A stretch of 64,000 nt of DNA from the NCBI GenBank assembly GCA_015064485.1, contig SVSD01000001.1, forward strand, positions 24,989 to 88,988, given 5' to 3'. A model generated the notes under the pieces. It was given only the letters and a program-made list of their open reading frames with translations, ran no database searches and was not told where the DNA came from. Shown here piece by piece: positions 55,019-63,860 of this stretch (its first letter is position 1; each line of letters starts with the position of its first letter). This DNA comes from Oscillospiraceae bacterium (GTDB lineage: Bacteria; Bacillota; Clostridia; Oscillospirales; CAG-382). The position numbers and the translations under genes were made by a program.

Positions 55019-57496
55019 TTATTTCGACGCCATTTTAGCTGTAATAAACACAGGAACAAGCCAGAATATCTGTATCAGCATCATAACAACTCCGGGAAGT
55101 ATAACGCTTCCTGCAAGAAGTGCAAAGGCCGAAAGTGCAAGGCTGAGACCGAGTGCAAGGAATTTGAGCTTGTTGTTTATATTTATCACCTTTCTCATCT
55201 TATCAACAAGAAGGAATGAACGGATAAGCGAATTTTCTCCGGAGGATGAAACCATAGAGCTGTCGGAAACTTCCTCTATCTTTTCGATATCTTCTGCATA
55301 AGGAGCCTTCACAACACTGAAAAGACTTTCGGGACGGCGAAGACAAGCTCTTATAAAATCATTGCTGATACAAGGATCGAGAGTCTTAATTCTTGCACAT
55401 ATGCCCTGATCAAAAAGGGTTCTTAATATCTGTTCAAACGAAGGATTTATTCTGTAATTGATATAAAACTTTGCAAGTACCCTTTCGGAAGACGCAAGAT
55501 AAAGTATACCGCCGTTTGAACGGCTGAATGTTTCGTCTGCCATATCTGCACTTGTATCAAAATTGTTGACCGACATATAGCTTGAAGTTCCTACATAATA
55601 GTTTGCTCCGTCGATCTTGACCCACAATCCGTCGGGGGCTACATCGATCATCTTCATATTATCGTTTGTCATTTCAATTCCGGCGATGGAATTTTTAAAC
55701 ACAGAAGACAGAGGACCGCCGATGGTGCCGAAGATCTTTGCCATTGTTACGATAACATAATCGATTCTTGTTGTACCGTATGTGCGTATATTTGTAACCT
55801 TTATGTCTTTGGGAGAAAATACTTCTGTATCTTTAAAGGAAACAACCGAAATGTTGCTGAAATCCTCGCAAACATTGTTTCCGATAAATGCACATTTTCT
55901 TCTTGATGCCCTGTCCGAAAAAATGAATGTCGGAAGGCTTGAAGAAATGAGCATACAGGACTGTACGCTTGTAAGCAATACCGCCGCAAAGCAGCAGAAT
56001 GCTTTATATGCGGGTTCTTTGTTCATAATACAGTACGCAACAGATGCAACAAGAGCAATGCCTGCCGCTATGTATATAGCGATAGCTGTACTCTTTTCGG
56101 ATAAGACAGGCTTTTTGATCTTTTCAAAAAATCCGCCTGCAAATTCTGCTTTGCGTATATCAAGAACTTTTGTACCTGCAGGAACAAATTTACCGATTTC
56201 ATCGGGGGTTTTTTCTTCGGATGCCGAAAGGTCGATAAATGAATACTTTTCACCTTCGGAGGAAACTATTCTGAATGACATATATTCAGCTCTGGCCTTG
56301 AAGAAATCGCCGAGCGAAAGTATCAACACAGAAAGACACGCAACAGAGCAGATGGGTGCAAACTGATCTCCTCTCGGGTCTGCTATTGCAAGAGTTATTG
56401 TATGTATTGCGGCGGCAGCTACCGATACAAATGCCACACTTTCAGCGGCAGGAGTGCCTGTGAAAAGAGCGATTGCGCCTTTTGCAATGCTGTTGAGCTT
56501 CAGAATAACTGCAAAAAACAGTATCTGAAGATCAAAAAGCAAAAATACAACGCCTGTTTTTCCCGGTTCCAGTACCGAGAAATGAGGAAGACCTATTGAA
56601 GGTGCAACCTCTGAATAAAAACTTACAAAAAGAAGTGCGATAACTGCAAACATCGCAAAGCAGGAATAAAGAAGCTTTGTGCGCAATTCATTTGTAACGA
56701 TACCTATATCTGTACTCTTTTTATACTCGTCCTTTGCTGTGAAAAACTCGGGAACGGAGGATATACGGTAACCGTTTTCATCATATCTTCTGCGTTTCTT
56801 GTTTTCTTTTTCCCCGTCGTCCTCCTCTTCGTTTGCGGAAATCGGGGCAAAAGAAACCGATTCGCCTTCCTCGTCAAGCTTTATCTTTTCTTTTCTCTTT
56901 TTTCTCTTTTTATCAAATATGTCGTCGTTGAATGCTTTTTTAAGAGCACTGTCGTCGATTCCGAGTCTTTTTGCACAATTTTTGTCCGAAGGATCACAAA
57001 CCGGAACTTCTTCCTTTTCGGTTTCAAGCGCTTTTTCTTCTTTTTCGGGAACAGGCTCTTCTTTTTGTGTATCCTCTTCCTTTTCCTCGAAATGTTTTGA
57101 TATTGCATTCATAATATCAAGCTTTCTTGTGTCCTCGGGTTCGCTTTCGGAGGGCTCTTCTTTTTCGGGTGTCTGTTCAAAATCAAGTTCGTCATGTGAC
57201 GGTGCGATCTTCATATCGCTGTCGTCATAATCATCAGAACTTTCTTCTTTTACATCATCCTGTTCTTCCTCGTCAACCTTCAGAAAGCTTTTATTGAGAG
57301 TTTCTATCTCTTTCATAAAAGCGCTCGGTTCATAAACCTTTTCATCCGCTTCGATCTTAAGTTTTTCAGCGGCGGCTTTTTTTGCATCATACTCTTTGAG
57401 TATGCTGTCAAGAGTTATTTTTGTTTCCCCGTCGGGACCATCGGATTTTGAAGCGTTTGCTTCGACAATCTTATCGAAAACACCGTTTTCTGACAT
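55019..57496 (-). CDS. P1B-type ATPase homologue with degenerate catalytic motifs and a ~270-aa acidic/Lys-rich N-terminal extension
   Basis: 825 aa, colinear with heavy-metal P-type ATPases. Motifs are replaced: CPC by SCM, DKTGT by KDTEV (VVSFKDTEVFSP), TGDN by TLDP, GDGxND by SSGENS. The A domain is shortened and has no TGES. Confidence 0.7.
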   Translation of the reverse strand: MSENGVFDKIVEANASKSDGPDGETKITLDSILKEYDAKKAAAEKLKIEADEKVYEPSAFMKEIETLNKSFLKVDEEEQDDVKEESSDDYDDSDMKIAPSHDELDFEQTPEKEEPSESEPEDTRKLDIMNAISKHFEEKEEDTQKEEPVPEKEEKALETEKEEVPVCDPSDKNCAKRLGIDDSALKKAFNDDIFDKKRKKRKEKIKLDEEGESVSFAPISANEEEDDGEKENKKRRRYDENGYRISSVPEFFTAKDEYKKSTDIGIVTNELRTKLLYSCFAMFAVIALLFVSFYSEVAPSIGLPHFSVLEPGKTGVVFLLFDLQILFFAVILKLNSIAKGAIALFTGTPAAESVAFVSVAAAAIHTITLAIADPRGDQFAPICSVACLSVLILSLGDFFKARAEYMSFRIVSSEGEKYSFIDLSASEEKTPDEIGKFVPAGTKVLDIRKAEFAGGFFEKIKKPVLSEKSTAIAIYIAAGIALVASVAYCIMNKEPAYKAFCCFAAVLLTSVQSCMLISSSLPTFIFSDRASRRKCAFIGNNVCEDFSNISVVSFKDTEVFSPKDIKVTNIRTYGTTRIDYVIVTMAKIFGTIGGPLSSVFKNSIAGIEMTNDNMKMIDVAPDGLWVKIDGANYYVGTSSYMSVNNFDTSADMADETFSRSNGGILYLASSERVLAKFYINYRINPSFEQILRTLFDQGICARIKTLDPCISNDFIRACLRRPESLFSVVKAPYAEDIEKIEEVSDSSMVSSSGENSLIRSFLLVDKMRKVININNKLKFLALGLSLALSAFALLAGSVILPGVVMMLIQIFWLVPVFITAKMASK

Positions 57497-57511
57497 CCTT
57501 TTGACCTCCGT

Positions 57512-58387
57512 TTATATATTCTTTAATGTTCTCTGTCTTACGGCTTCATAAAGAAGAACTGCGGCGGCTGTCGATACATTCAAAGAGTTTACTTTTCCAA
57601 ACATCGGAATTGACACGATAAAATCGCTGTTCTTTTTAACGATGTCGGAAATGCCGTATTCTTCGCTTCCTACAATAATTGCTGCGGGAATATCAAAATC
57701 TGCTTTTGTATAATCTGTGCCGTCGGCCTCAGCTGCAAATATCCACAAGCCCTTGTCTTTCAATTTGCGGATAGTATCCGAAATATTTGAGCACTTTGCA
57801 ACTGCCATATGCTCAAGCGCACCTGCCGAAGCTTTTGACACCGCGGGGGTTGCCCCTGCCGCTCTTCTTTTCGGGATAATAACACCATGAGCTCCTGCGC
57901 CTTCCGCACAACGGATTATCGCGCCGAGATTATGAGGATCGGAAACGCTGTCAGCTATAATGATAAGTGGCTTTTCTCCTCTTTCCTGTGCAATTGCAAG
58001 AATGTCATCGACAGTGCAGTATTCCTTTTCGGAAGCAATTGCGACGATCCCCTGATGCTGTTCATAACCGCAAAGAGCATCGAGCTTTTCCTTTTCAACT
58101 TCGATAAGGGGAATTTTTCTGTTAAGCGCTTCAGCAACAAGAACTGTTATCGAACCTTCCCTTTCTCCCTTTCTGACATATATCTTTTCAATATCCTTAC
58201 CGCTTTTCAAAAGTTCCCTTACAGCATTTCTTCCAGGAACGGAACCGTTATTGAATTCTTCGTTTTTTCCCTTTTCATCAAAAGCATTTCTTTTTGAAAA
58301 GTCTTTTTTTGCGGACGGTCTTTTGCCTGCGGCTTTGCCGTATGGCCTCGAAGAACGGCTCTTTTTATTATCGTTTCTGTTATACAT
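57512..58387 (-). CDS. rlmB: TrmH-family 23S rRNA (Gm2251) 2'-O-methyltransferase RlmB-like
   Basis: Track ORF trimmed to ATG 58387. Basic N-terminal tail, L30e-like substrate-binding domain and SPOUT C-terminal domain (...GKVNSLNVSTAAAVLLYE). Confidence 0.85.
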   Translation of the reverse strand: MYNRNDNKKSRSSRPYGKAAGKRPSAKKDFSKRNAFDEKGKNEEFNNGSVPGRNAVRELLKSGKDIEKIYVRKGEREGSITVLVAEALNRKIPLIEVEKEKLDALCGYEQHQGIVAIASEKEYCTVDDILAIAQERGEKPLIIIADSVSDPHNLGAIIRCAEGAGAHGVIIPKRRAAGATPAVSKASAGALEHMAVAKCSNISDTIRKLKDKGLWIFAAEADGTDYTKADFDIPAAIIVGSEEYGISDIVKKNSDFIVSIPMFGKVNSLNVSTAAAVLLYEAVRQRTLKNI

Positions 58388-58584
58388 ATGTAATCCTTTC
58401 GGTCTTGCGGGATATATGCCTGCCCCTTTTTGCGAACAGACCTCACCCATACTACATCTTTATTATATATATTAACACAAAAACTGCGTTTTGTATAGTG
58501 GTAAAATATATTTTTTTGATAAAAATGCAGATTTATTTTATAAAAAAACAAAAATTATCGCAATGTGTTAAAAAAACGCTTTTT

Positions 58585-58630
58585 GAAAAAAATACACACC
58601 CTTAAAAGTCCCGGGCTTTTAAGGGTGTGT
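58585..58630 (-). terminator. Intrinsic terminator after the anti-sigma gene
   Basis: 15-bp stem ACACACCCTTAAAAG/CTTTTAAGGGTGTGT followed on the minus strand by a T-run. Confidence 0.85.
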
Positions 58631-58636
58631 TTGTGT

Positions 58637-59437
58637 TTACTGTGCAAAATTTAAAAATTCTTCGAGAGTATATTCAAAAATTCCGTCCTCTACCGACATC
58701 ACAAAATCCTTGTATACTTCCCATCCCGAACTTTCAATATCTTCAAGCGAAATTTCGCCGGGGTAAAGTATAGAATACTTTTCGAAAAGCTTTTCGGAAT
58801 CTGATTTCTCCGCCGCCAAAGAGTCGGTTTCTAAAACAGCTTCTTTTTCCAAAGCAGTCTCGGCTTCGGCTTCCGTAACCGCACTGCCTTCAGAAATCTC
58901 ATAGCAATCATCAGGGGCATAAACATCATTCAGCATTTTTGCATTTTCGCCCGCTGCTGACAATTGAGCGCTCAAATGCGTTTCCGCCTTTTTAAACATC
59001 GCTTTATCAGCGTAATTAAAAAGTTCCTCTGTTTCGGATTCCAAAGCAATTTCCGCTTCTTCGTCACAAACAGCGTCCTGCTCCGTATCGTTCATATTCA
59101 AGACCATTTCGGGGAGTTTTGTACCGTAAACCGAAAGGTATACTGCAAAAACTGCGGCGGCCGCCGCCATCATACCTATCGGGAAATGGTGCTTTTTCTT
59201 AGGCTGTGCTATTACAATATTTTCTTCTTTTATACGCTCAAGAACCGCATTTCGAATTTCGGGACATTCAGGCTTTGAGCTTTTTATAAGACTATTCATT
59301 TTGAGGATCTTTTGTTGCTGTTCTTTACATTTTTCACAGCACTGTATGTGCTCTTTGGCGTGATCGGGAAGCTCTTCCCCGCCGCTTTTCGAAAGCAAAA
59401 GCTCGCTTATTTCTCCGCACAGACTGTTATCTGCCAT
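58637..59437 (-). CDS. Anti-sigma factor (zf-HC2) with one TM helix and an acidic extracytoplasmic domain
   Basis: Trimmed to ATG 59437 (AAAGGAGGG RBS). An alternative ATG at 59515 overlaps the sigma gene stop. H-x3-C-x2-C motif HIQCCEKC. TM helix FPIGMMAAAAAVFAVYLSVY. Confidence 0.75.
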   Translation of the reverse strand: MADNSLCGEISELLLSKSGGEELPDHAKEHIQCCEKCKEQQQKILKMNSLIKSSKPECPEIRNAVLERIKEENIVIAQPKKKHHFPIGMMAAAAAVFAVYLSVYGTKLPEMVLNMNDTEQDAVCDEEAEIALESETEELFNYADKAMFKKAETHLSAQLSAAGENAKMLNDVYAPDDCYEISEGSAVTEAEAETALEKEAVLETDSLAAEKSDSEKLFEKYSILYPGEISLEDIESSGWEVYKDFVMSVEDGIFEYTLEEFLNFAQ

Positions 59438-59511
59438 TTTATGTCCCTCCTTTCGTTTTATTCTCTTTACATAATATATGACGAAATATTTTTCGTTTTG
59501 TTCCCCTTTTT

Positions 59512-60126
59512 TCAAAGCATTTTCAAATTTTCAAGCTTTTTCTTTAATGAATTCCTTGCTCTTGAAAGACGGGATTTTACCGTACCTTCTTCTATTGATA
59601 GAATATCTGCAATTTCTCCGTAACTGTATCCTTCGATATCGCGCATGAGAATTATGCTTTTGTGTTCTTCCGAAAGAGAAGATATTGCATCATTCACAAT
59701 ATCTGCAGTTTCTTTTGAAATATATGTTTTTTCCGGATCGTATTTACCGCTGTCATCCGGAATATCGTATATTCTGTCATTTTCATCGCCGCTTGACATT
59801 TCCGAAAGCGGGATACTCTTTTCCCGGGACGACTTTCTTATATAGTCATAAATGGTATTTTTGCATATGCGGTATATCCATGTGGAAAATTCGCTGTCGC
59901 TTCTGAAATTAGCAAGAGCCTTATACGCCTTTATAAAAACTTCCTGTGAAATATCCTCGGCATCTTCCTTGCTTTTTATATCGTAAAAAACAGTTCTGTA
60001 AACAAAGGAGCTGTATTTTTCAAGCAGTTTTCCAAAAGCATCATTATCGCCGTCTATTGCCGCAAAAACAAGCTTTGCATCCTCAGACAGTTCTTCTTTT
60101 TTTGTCTTGTCATTAAAAACCGCCAC
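59512..60126 (-). CDS. ECF-type (group 4) sigma-70 family factor
   Basis: 204 aa. Region 2 (DISQEVFIKAYKAL...FSTWIYRICKN) and region 4 (SYGEIADILSIEEGTVKSRLSRAR). Confidence 0.88.
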   Translation of the reverse strand: MAVFNDKTKKEELSEDAKLVFAAIDGDNDAFGKLLEKYSSFVYRTVFYDIKSKEDAEDISQEVFIKAYKALANFRSDSEFSTWIYRICKNTIYDYIRKSSREKSIPLSEMSSGDENDRIYDIPDDSGKYDPEKTYISKETADIVNDAISSLSEEHKSIILMRDIEGYSYGEIADILSIEEGTVKSRLSRARNSLKKKLENLKML

Positions 60127-60161
60127 TTTGTTTACACCTTCTTTCTTTTTTAATCTTTCTT

Positions 60162-61514
60162 TCAGACCGCCGGGATATCTGTTTGTTTGTTAAGTATCTG
60201 CCAGCCCATATCGCTGTCATAAACAGTTATTACTCCGCCCGAACAATCGCAAATTTCATCAAATATCGGGGGAATCACATATTCGCCGTTTCTGTCTATC
60301 ATACCTTTTTTACCGTCTTTTTCTCCGACAACGGCAAGACCTTCAAAAAACGGACGGGCATATGTGTATACCGGATCACATATCCATTTGCCGCGGGATG
60401 TCATATATCCGAAATTCCCGTCTTTTTCAAGGAGTATTCTGCCGCAGCTGTAGGAATATACGCTGTAATCGGCGGGAGTTTTAAATTCCTCTCCTTTTCG
60501 GTTGATGAATGTATGATAATTTTCAACAAGCTTTCCTTTTTGGTATTTTTTTACAGTTACCCTTGTAAGTCCTTCGTCGAAATAGTAATACCCCAGCGCT
60601 CTTTCGTCGTTGATACCGCCGCTTCCGTACATATCTGCGTTTACCATAAGGCCGCCTATTCTCAGTCTTCCGAGTTCGTTGAAAAAATATACTCTGTTAT
60701 CCTTGTCATAACAGCATCCGAATCCTTCGGAATAGTTATGTGCCATCTCATATGAATTCGGAACATTTTTTGCGTCTTCGCCGGTTATCTCGTAGCCGAA
60801 ATGCTTTCCGTCAAAAGATATGTTGCAGTTATAGTTATCGCTTTGCCCAAAGTATGACGGATAATCGAAAACAAGTCCTCTGAAATCTCTCTTTTCGTCG
60901 TAATCACATTCGTTTATCGTTCCGTCGGTCAGAAGAGTTACATATTTACCTGTATTGCAATCAAAAAAAACGGGAGTTCCCGACGATGTTCTTGCCGAAG
61001 CAAAAGAAAGATAATGATCGTCTTCAACATTTATCACCGCACCGTTTGGTGCAAGTATTTCCCGCTTATTTCCGTCGGCAAGAAGAATAAATCCCATTCT
61101 CGGCCACATTGTAAAATATGTCTGTGTTACAAAGGTGCCGTCACCCATATCAATATCAAGATTATATTTTGCCTTGTCGGGAAGAATACTTCTGTCTGGG
61201 ATATACCACCTTGCCACAGTAAAGCTGTCATCATAAACCGCATCTGTTACGGCACGGGTCTTGGAATCAGCATCAGGAAGATTTGAAAGAAAATCATGAG
61301 GCGTCGGCCATTTTTCTTCGTTTAAAACGGTTTCGTTTTCTGTTACCGCATCCTCTTCATTTTCTTCGTTATCGGACAGTTCTTCTTCAATTTCCGTTTC
61401 AATATCTTCAGCCATATTTCCTACTGCAAATTTTTCATAAGCATAGCAAAGTAAAAGCGCAGATATTGCGGCAAAAAGAATTATAAACAGAATTTTTTGC
61501 AGTTTTCGCGCCAT
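60162..61514 (-). CDS. WG-repeat (KWG) protein with N-terminal membrane anchor
   Basis: 450 aa. TM anchor, acidic linker, and repeated ...F.EG.A.V..DGK.G.ID..G...I modules. Confidence 0.75.
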   Translation of the reverse strand: MARKLQKILFIILFAAISALLLCYAYEKFAVGNMAEDIETEIEEELSDNEENEEDAVTENETVLNEEKWPTPHDFLSNLPDADSKTRAVTDAVYDDSFTVARWYIPDRSILPDKAKYNLDIDMGDGTFVTQTYFTMWPRMGFILLADGNKREILAPNGAVINVEDDHYLSFASARTSSGTPVFFDCNTGKYVTLLTDGTINECDYDEKRDFRGLVFDYPSYFGQSDNYNCNISFDGKHFGYEITGEDAKNVPNSYEMAHNYSEGFGCCYDKDNRVYFFNELGRLRIGGLMVNADMYGSGGINDERALGYYYFDEGLTRVTVKKYQKGKLVENYHTFINRKGEEFKTPADYSVYSYSCGRILLEKDGNFGYMTSRGKWICDPVYTYARPFFEGLAVVGEKDGKKGMIDRNGEYVIPPIFDEICDCSGGVITVYDSDMGWQILNKQTDIPAV

Positions 61515-61541
61515 TTCTACCCTCCGCTTATGATATATATT

Positions 61542-61570
61542 ATTCTATCACTTTTTTATCAATATTGCAA
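61542..61570 (-). promoter_or_regulatory. Sigma-A promoter of the WG-repeat/sigma/anti-sigma operon (TTGCAA-N17-TAGAAT with TG extension)
   Basis: Minus strand: TTGCAA 61570-61565, 17-nt spacer ending TGA, TAGAAT 61547-61542. Confidence 0.6.
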
Positions 61571-61784
61571 CATATTTTATCATTAAATTCTGTCGGCTTA
61601 AAATCAAAAAAGGGGATGTAAAAAAGCCCGGAGCGCAAAAAAAGAAGAAAAATAATGAAAGAAAAACTCAAAAAATGAGTTTTTCAAAATAATTATTTTT
61701 TGCTATGAACAAACATCATCTCTTTTCGTACTGCAGCACGCCTTCGGATGCTATTTGTCCATTCTGAAGCATTTTCATATCCCC

Positions 61785-61822
61785 TAAAAAAGGAGCTGTA
61801 AAAAAATACAGCTCCTTTTTTT
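61785..61822. terminator. Intrinsic terminator after the SLH gene (bidirectional form)
   Basis: 10-bp stem AGGAGCTGTA/TACAGCTCCT flanked by A-run and T-run. Confidence 0.8.
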
Positions 61823-61830
61823 ATTTATTG

Positions 61831-63033
61831 TTATTTTCTGCTTCCGGGTTTATAGATAGCAGACCAGCCTTCGTTGCTTTCGAATTCTATTTCGGGCTTG
61901 TTTTCGGAGCCTGTACCTTCGCCGTCACCTGCGGGAGGAGTTGTTCCTTCGCCCTCGCCTGTGCCCTCATTATCACCTGCGGGGGGAGTCGTTCCTTCAC
62001 CCTCGCCTGTGCCCTCATTATCACCTGCGGGGGGAGTTGTTCCTTCACCCTCGCCTGTGCCCTCATTATCACCTGCGGGGGGAGTTGTTCCTTCACCCTC
62101 GCCTGTGCCTTCATTACCGCCTTCGGTGTTTCCGTTATTATCGCCGGGAGTCAACCAGACTTCATTTTTATTTTCTTCTTTATCTTCTGTTTTTTCTTCT
62201 GTTTCCGCATCTGTCTTTTCGTCTTCCACCTTGCGGTTATCTATAAGTTTGCCGGTCACAGCTTCATCGCTGATTGTAACATTTTCTGCAGATTCACTTA
62301 TAACAAGATTTCCGGAAATTTCAGCTGTTTCATCAACAACAACATTCTTTGCACGAATAATAACGCCTCCCTCATATTCACCGGAAAGTGTTGCATTTTC
62401 TTCGTCAATATATGTCTTTACCATATTGTGCATAATCTGTGCAAATTCGGCACGGGTGATATTGCTCTTGGGGTTGAGGAAAAGAGCGCCTGTGCCGTCA
62501 TCAGAACCCTTTACATATCCGTTTGATACAAGTGCGCAAGCGTATTCCAAAGCCCATGAAGAAACGGAATCTTTGTCTGCAAAGTTTTCGAGTGTTGCAC
62601 CTTCAGCCGCTTCAAGCTTGAATGCTCTTGCAAGAACTGCAAAAACCTGTTCGCGGGTGATATTGTTGTCGGGAGTAAGAAGTCCCGAACCGTCACCTGT
62701 GAAAACACCCATAGCAACAGCTTTCTGCATATATTCGTAATACCATTTGTCTTCAGGGACATCGGTAAAATCGGAAAGTTCGACTGTGCTTACAGCACCG
62801 AAAGCACGGGAAATTATTGTCGCCATCTGTGCTCTTGTAAGGTTGTCCTTGGGAAGGATCATTCCGTCGGAGCCTGTAAGAAGTCCGTTATCAACAGCAG
62901 CAGTTAAAGCCGCAGTAGACCAGTCATCGGGCATATCGGAAAAATCACTTGCGCTTGCAGCACTTACGCCAAAGGACAGAAGTGTTGAAGCCACAACTGT
63001 TGAACCGAGAATTATTCCAAGAATCTTTTTCAT
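61831..63033 (-). CDS. Cell-surface protein with three N-terminal SLH domains and a C-terminal Gly/Thr/Pro/Glu tandem-repeat region
   Basis: Trimmed to ATG 63033 (AAAGGAA RBS). Signal peptide ...SFGVSAASA. SLH motifs (FSDMPDDWSTAAL..., FTDVPEDKWYYEY..., FADKDSVSSWALEY...). Four copies of GEGTTPPAGDNEGTGE. Confidence 0.85.
   Translation of the reverse strand: MKKILGIILGSTVVASTLLSFGVSAASASDFSDMPDDWSTAALTAAVDNGLLTGSDGMILPKDNLTRAQMATIISRAFGAVSTVELSDFTDVPEDKWYYEYMQKAVAMGVFTGDGSGLLTPDNNITREQVFAVLARAFKLEAAEGATLENFADKDSVSSWALEYACALVSNGYVKGSDDGTGALFLNPKSNITRAEFAQIMHNMVKTYIDEENATLSGEYEGGVIIRAKNVVVDETAEISGNLVISESAENVTISDEAVTGKLIDNRKVEDEKTDAETEEKTEDKEENKNEVWLTPGDNNGNTEGGNEGTGEGEGTTPPAGDNEGTGEGEGTTPPAGDNEGTGEGEGTTPPAGDNEGTGEGEGTTPPAGDGEGTGSENKPEIEFESNEGWSAIYKPGSRK
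61925..62116. repeat. 4 x 48-bp head-to-tail tandem repeat inside the SLH gene
   Basis: Copies at 61925-61972, 61973-62020, 62021-62068 and 62069-62116. They differ by only a few bases and each encodes an in-frame 16-aa unit. Confidence 0.95.
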
Positions 63034-63266
63034 ATTATGTATTCCTTTCATCGGATATTTATAGTCTTAGTTATTATAACATATTTTTTTATAAATGTAT
63101 ATAGTTTTTTGATAATTATTAAGCAATTTTACCGATATTATTTGCCGTATTTTGATATTTTTGCTTTTTTATCGGTAAATATTGTAAAATAGATATTTAC
63201 TTTTAGGCTTTGTGAGTTATAATTATAATAGTTATTTCAACCAAGATCTTCAGAAGGGGAAATTTT

Positions 63267-63848
63267 ATGTCCGCAACATCATTTTTTGCATTTGCTTTCA
63301 GAATGAAATATATTAACCGCTGGGGCCTTATGAAAAATTCAAGATACGAAAACTTAACCGAGCACAGTGCGGAAACCGCAATGCTTGCCCACGCCCTTGC
63401 AATAATCGGCAACAAAATATACGGCAAAAGCTATGACGAAAACAAAATAGCTCTTTTTGCCCTTTATCACGATGTTTCGGAAATAATTACAGGTGACCTT
63501 CCCACACCTGTCAAATACTTTAATTCCGATATTAAAAACGATTTTCACGATATTGAGGACCACGCAAGAAGAGAGCTTTTAAACAAACTTCCCGAAGAAC
63601 TCAAAGACGCCTACGAAGATGTTATTACCGAAAATTGTTCTGATGACGAAAAGCGTCTTATAAAGGCAGCGGACAAGCTTTCCGCGCTCATAAAATGCAT
63701 CGAAGAAGTGAAAAACGGAAATTCCGAATTTGCCCGTGCCCACGATTCAAGCTTTAAATCGCTTGAAGCTTTCGATGACCTTCCCGAGGTAAAGTATTTT
63801 ATCGACAATATGCTTCCCTCTTTCTATCTCACCCTTGACGAACTTTAA
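63267..63848 (+). CDS. yfbR: HD-domain 5'-deoxynucleotidase, YfbR-like
   Basis: 193 aa. FAFRMKYINRWGLMKNSRYENLTEHS parallels the E. coli YfbR N-terminus. YHDVSEIITGD HD motif. Confidence 0.85.
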   Translation: MSATSFFAFAFRMKYINRWGLMKNSRYENLTEHSAETAMLAHALAIIGNKIYGKSYDENKIALFALYHDVSEIITGDLPTPVKYFNSDIKNDFHDIEDHARRELLNKLPEELKDAYEDVITENCSDDEKRLIKAADKLSALIKCIEEVKNGNSEFARAHDSSFKSLEAFDDLPEVKYFIDNMLPSFYLTLDEL

Positions 63849-63860
63849 AAAGGAGCCTTT

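Noticed and set aside
61707-61769. A 20-codon minus-strand ORF (MKMLQNGQIASEGVLQYEKR) between the SLH terminator and the WG-repeat promoter.
   Set aside because: The RBS is marginal (AGGGG with 3-nt spacing), it is very short, and nothing supports translation. It is probably fortuitous.
61925-62116. Possibility that the 48-bp repeats are a CRISPR array or a mobile-element terminus.
   Set aside because: The repeats are contiguous with no spacers. They are in-frame inside a coding region and encode a regular 16-aa unit. No cas or transposase genes are nearby.
63129-63178. Inverted repeat TTACCGATA...TATCGGTAA (9 bp arms, 32-nt spacer) in the divergent SLH/yfbR promoter region. It could be an operator.
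   Set aside because: It is a single occurrence in very AT-rich DNA with a long spacer, and there is no adjacent regulator gene. I cannot distinguish it from chance without comparative data.
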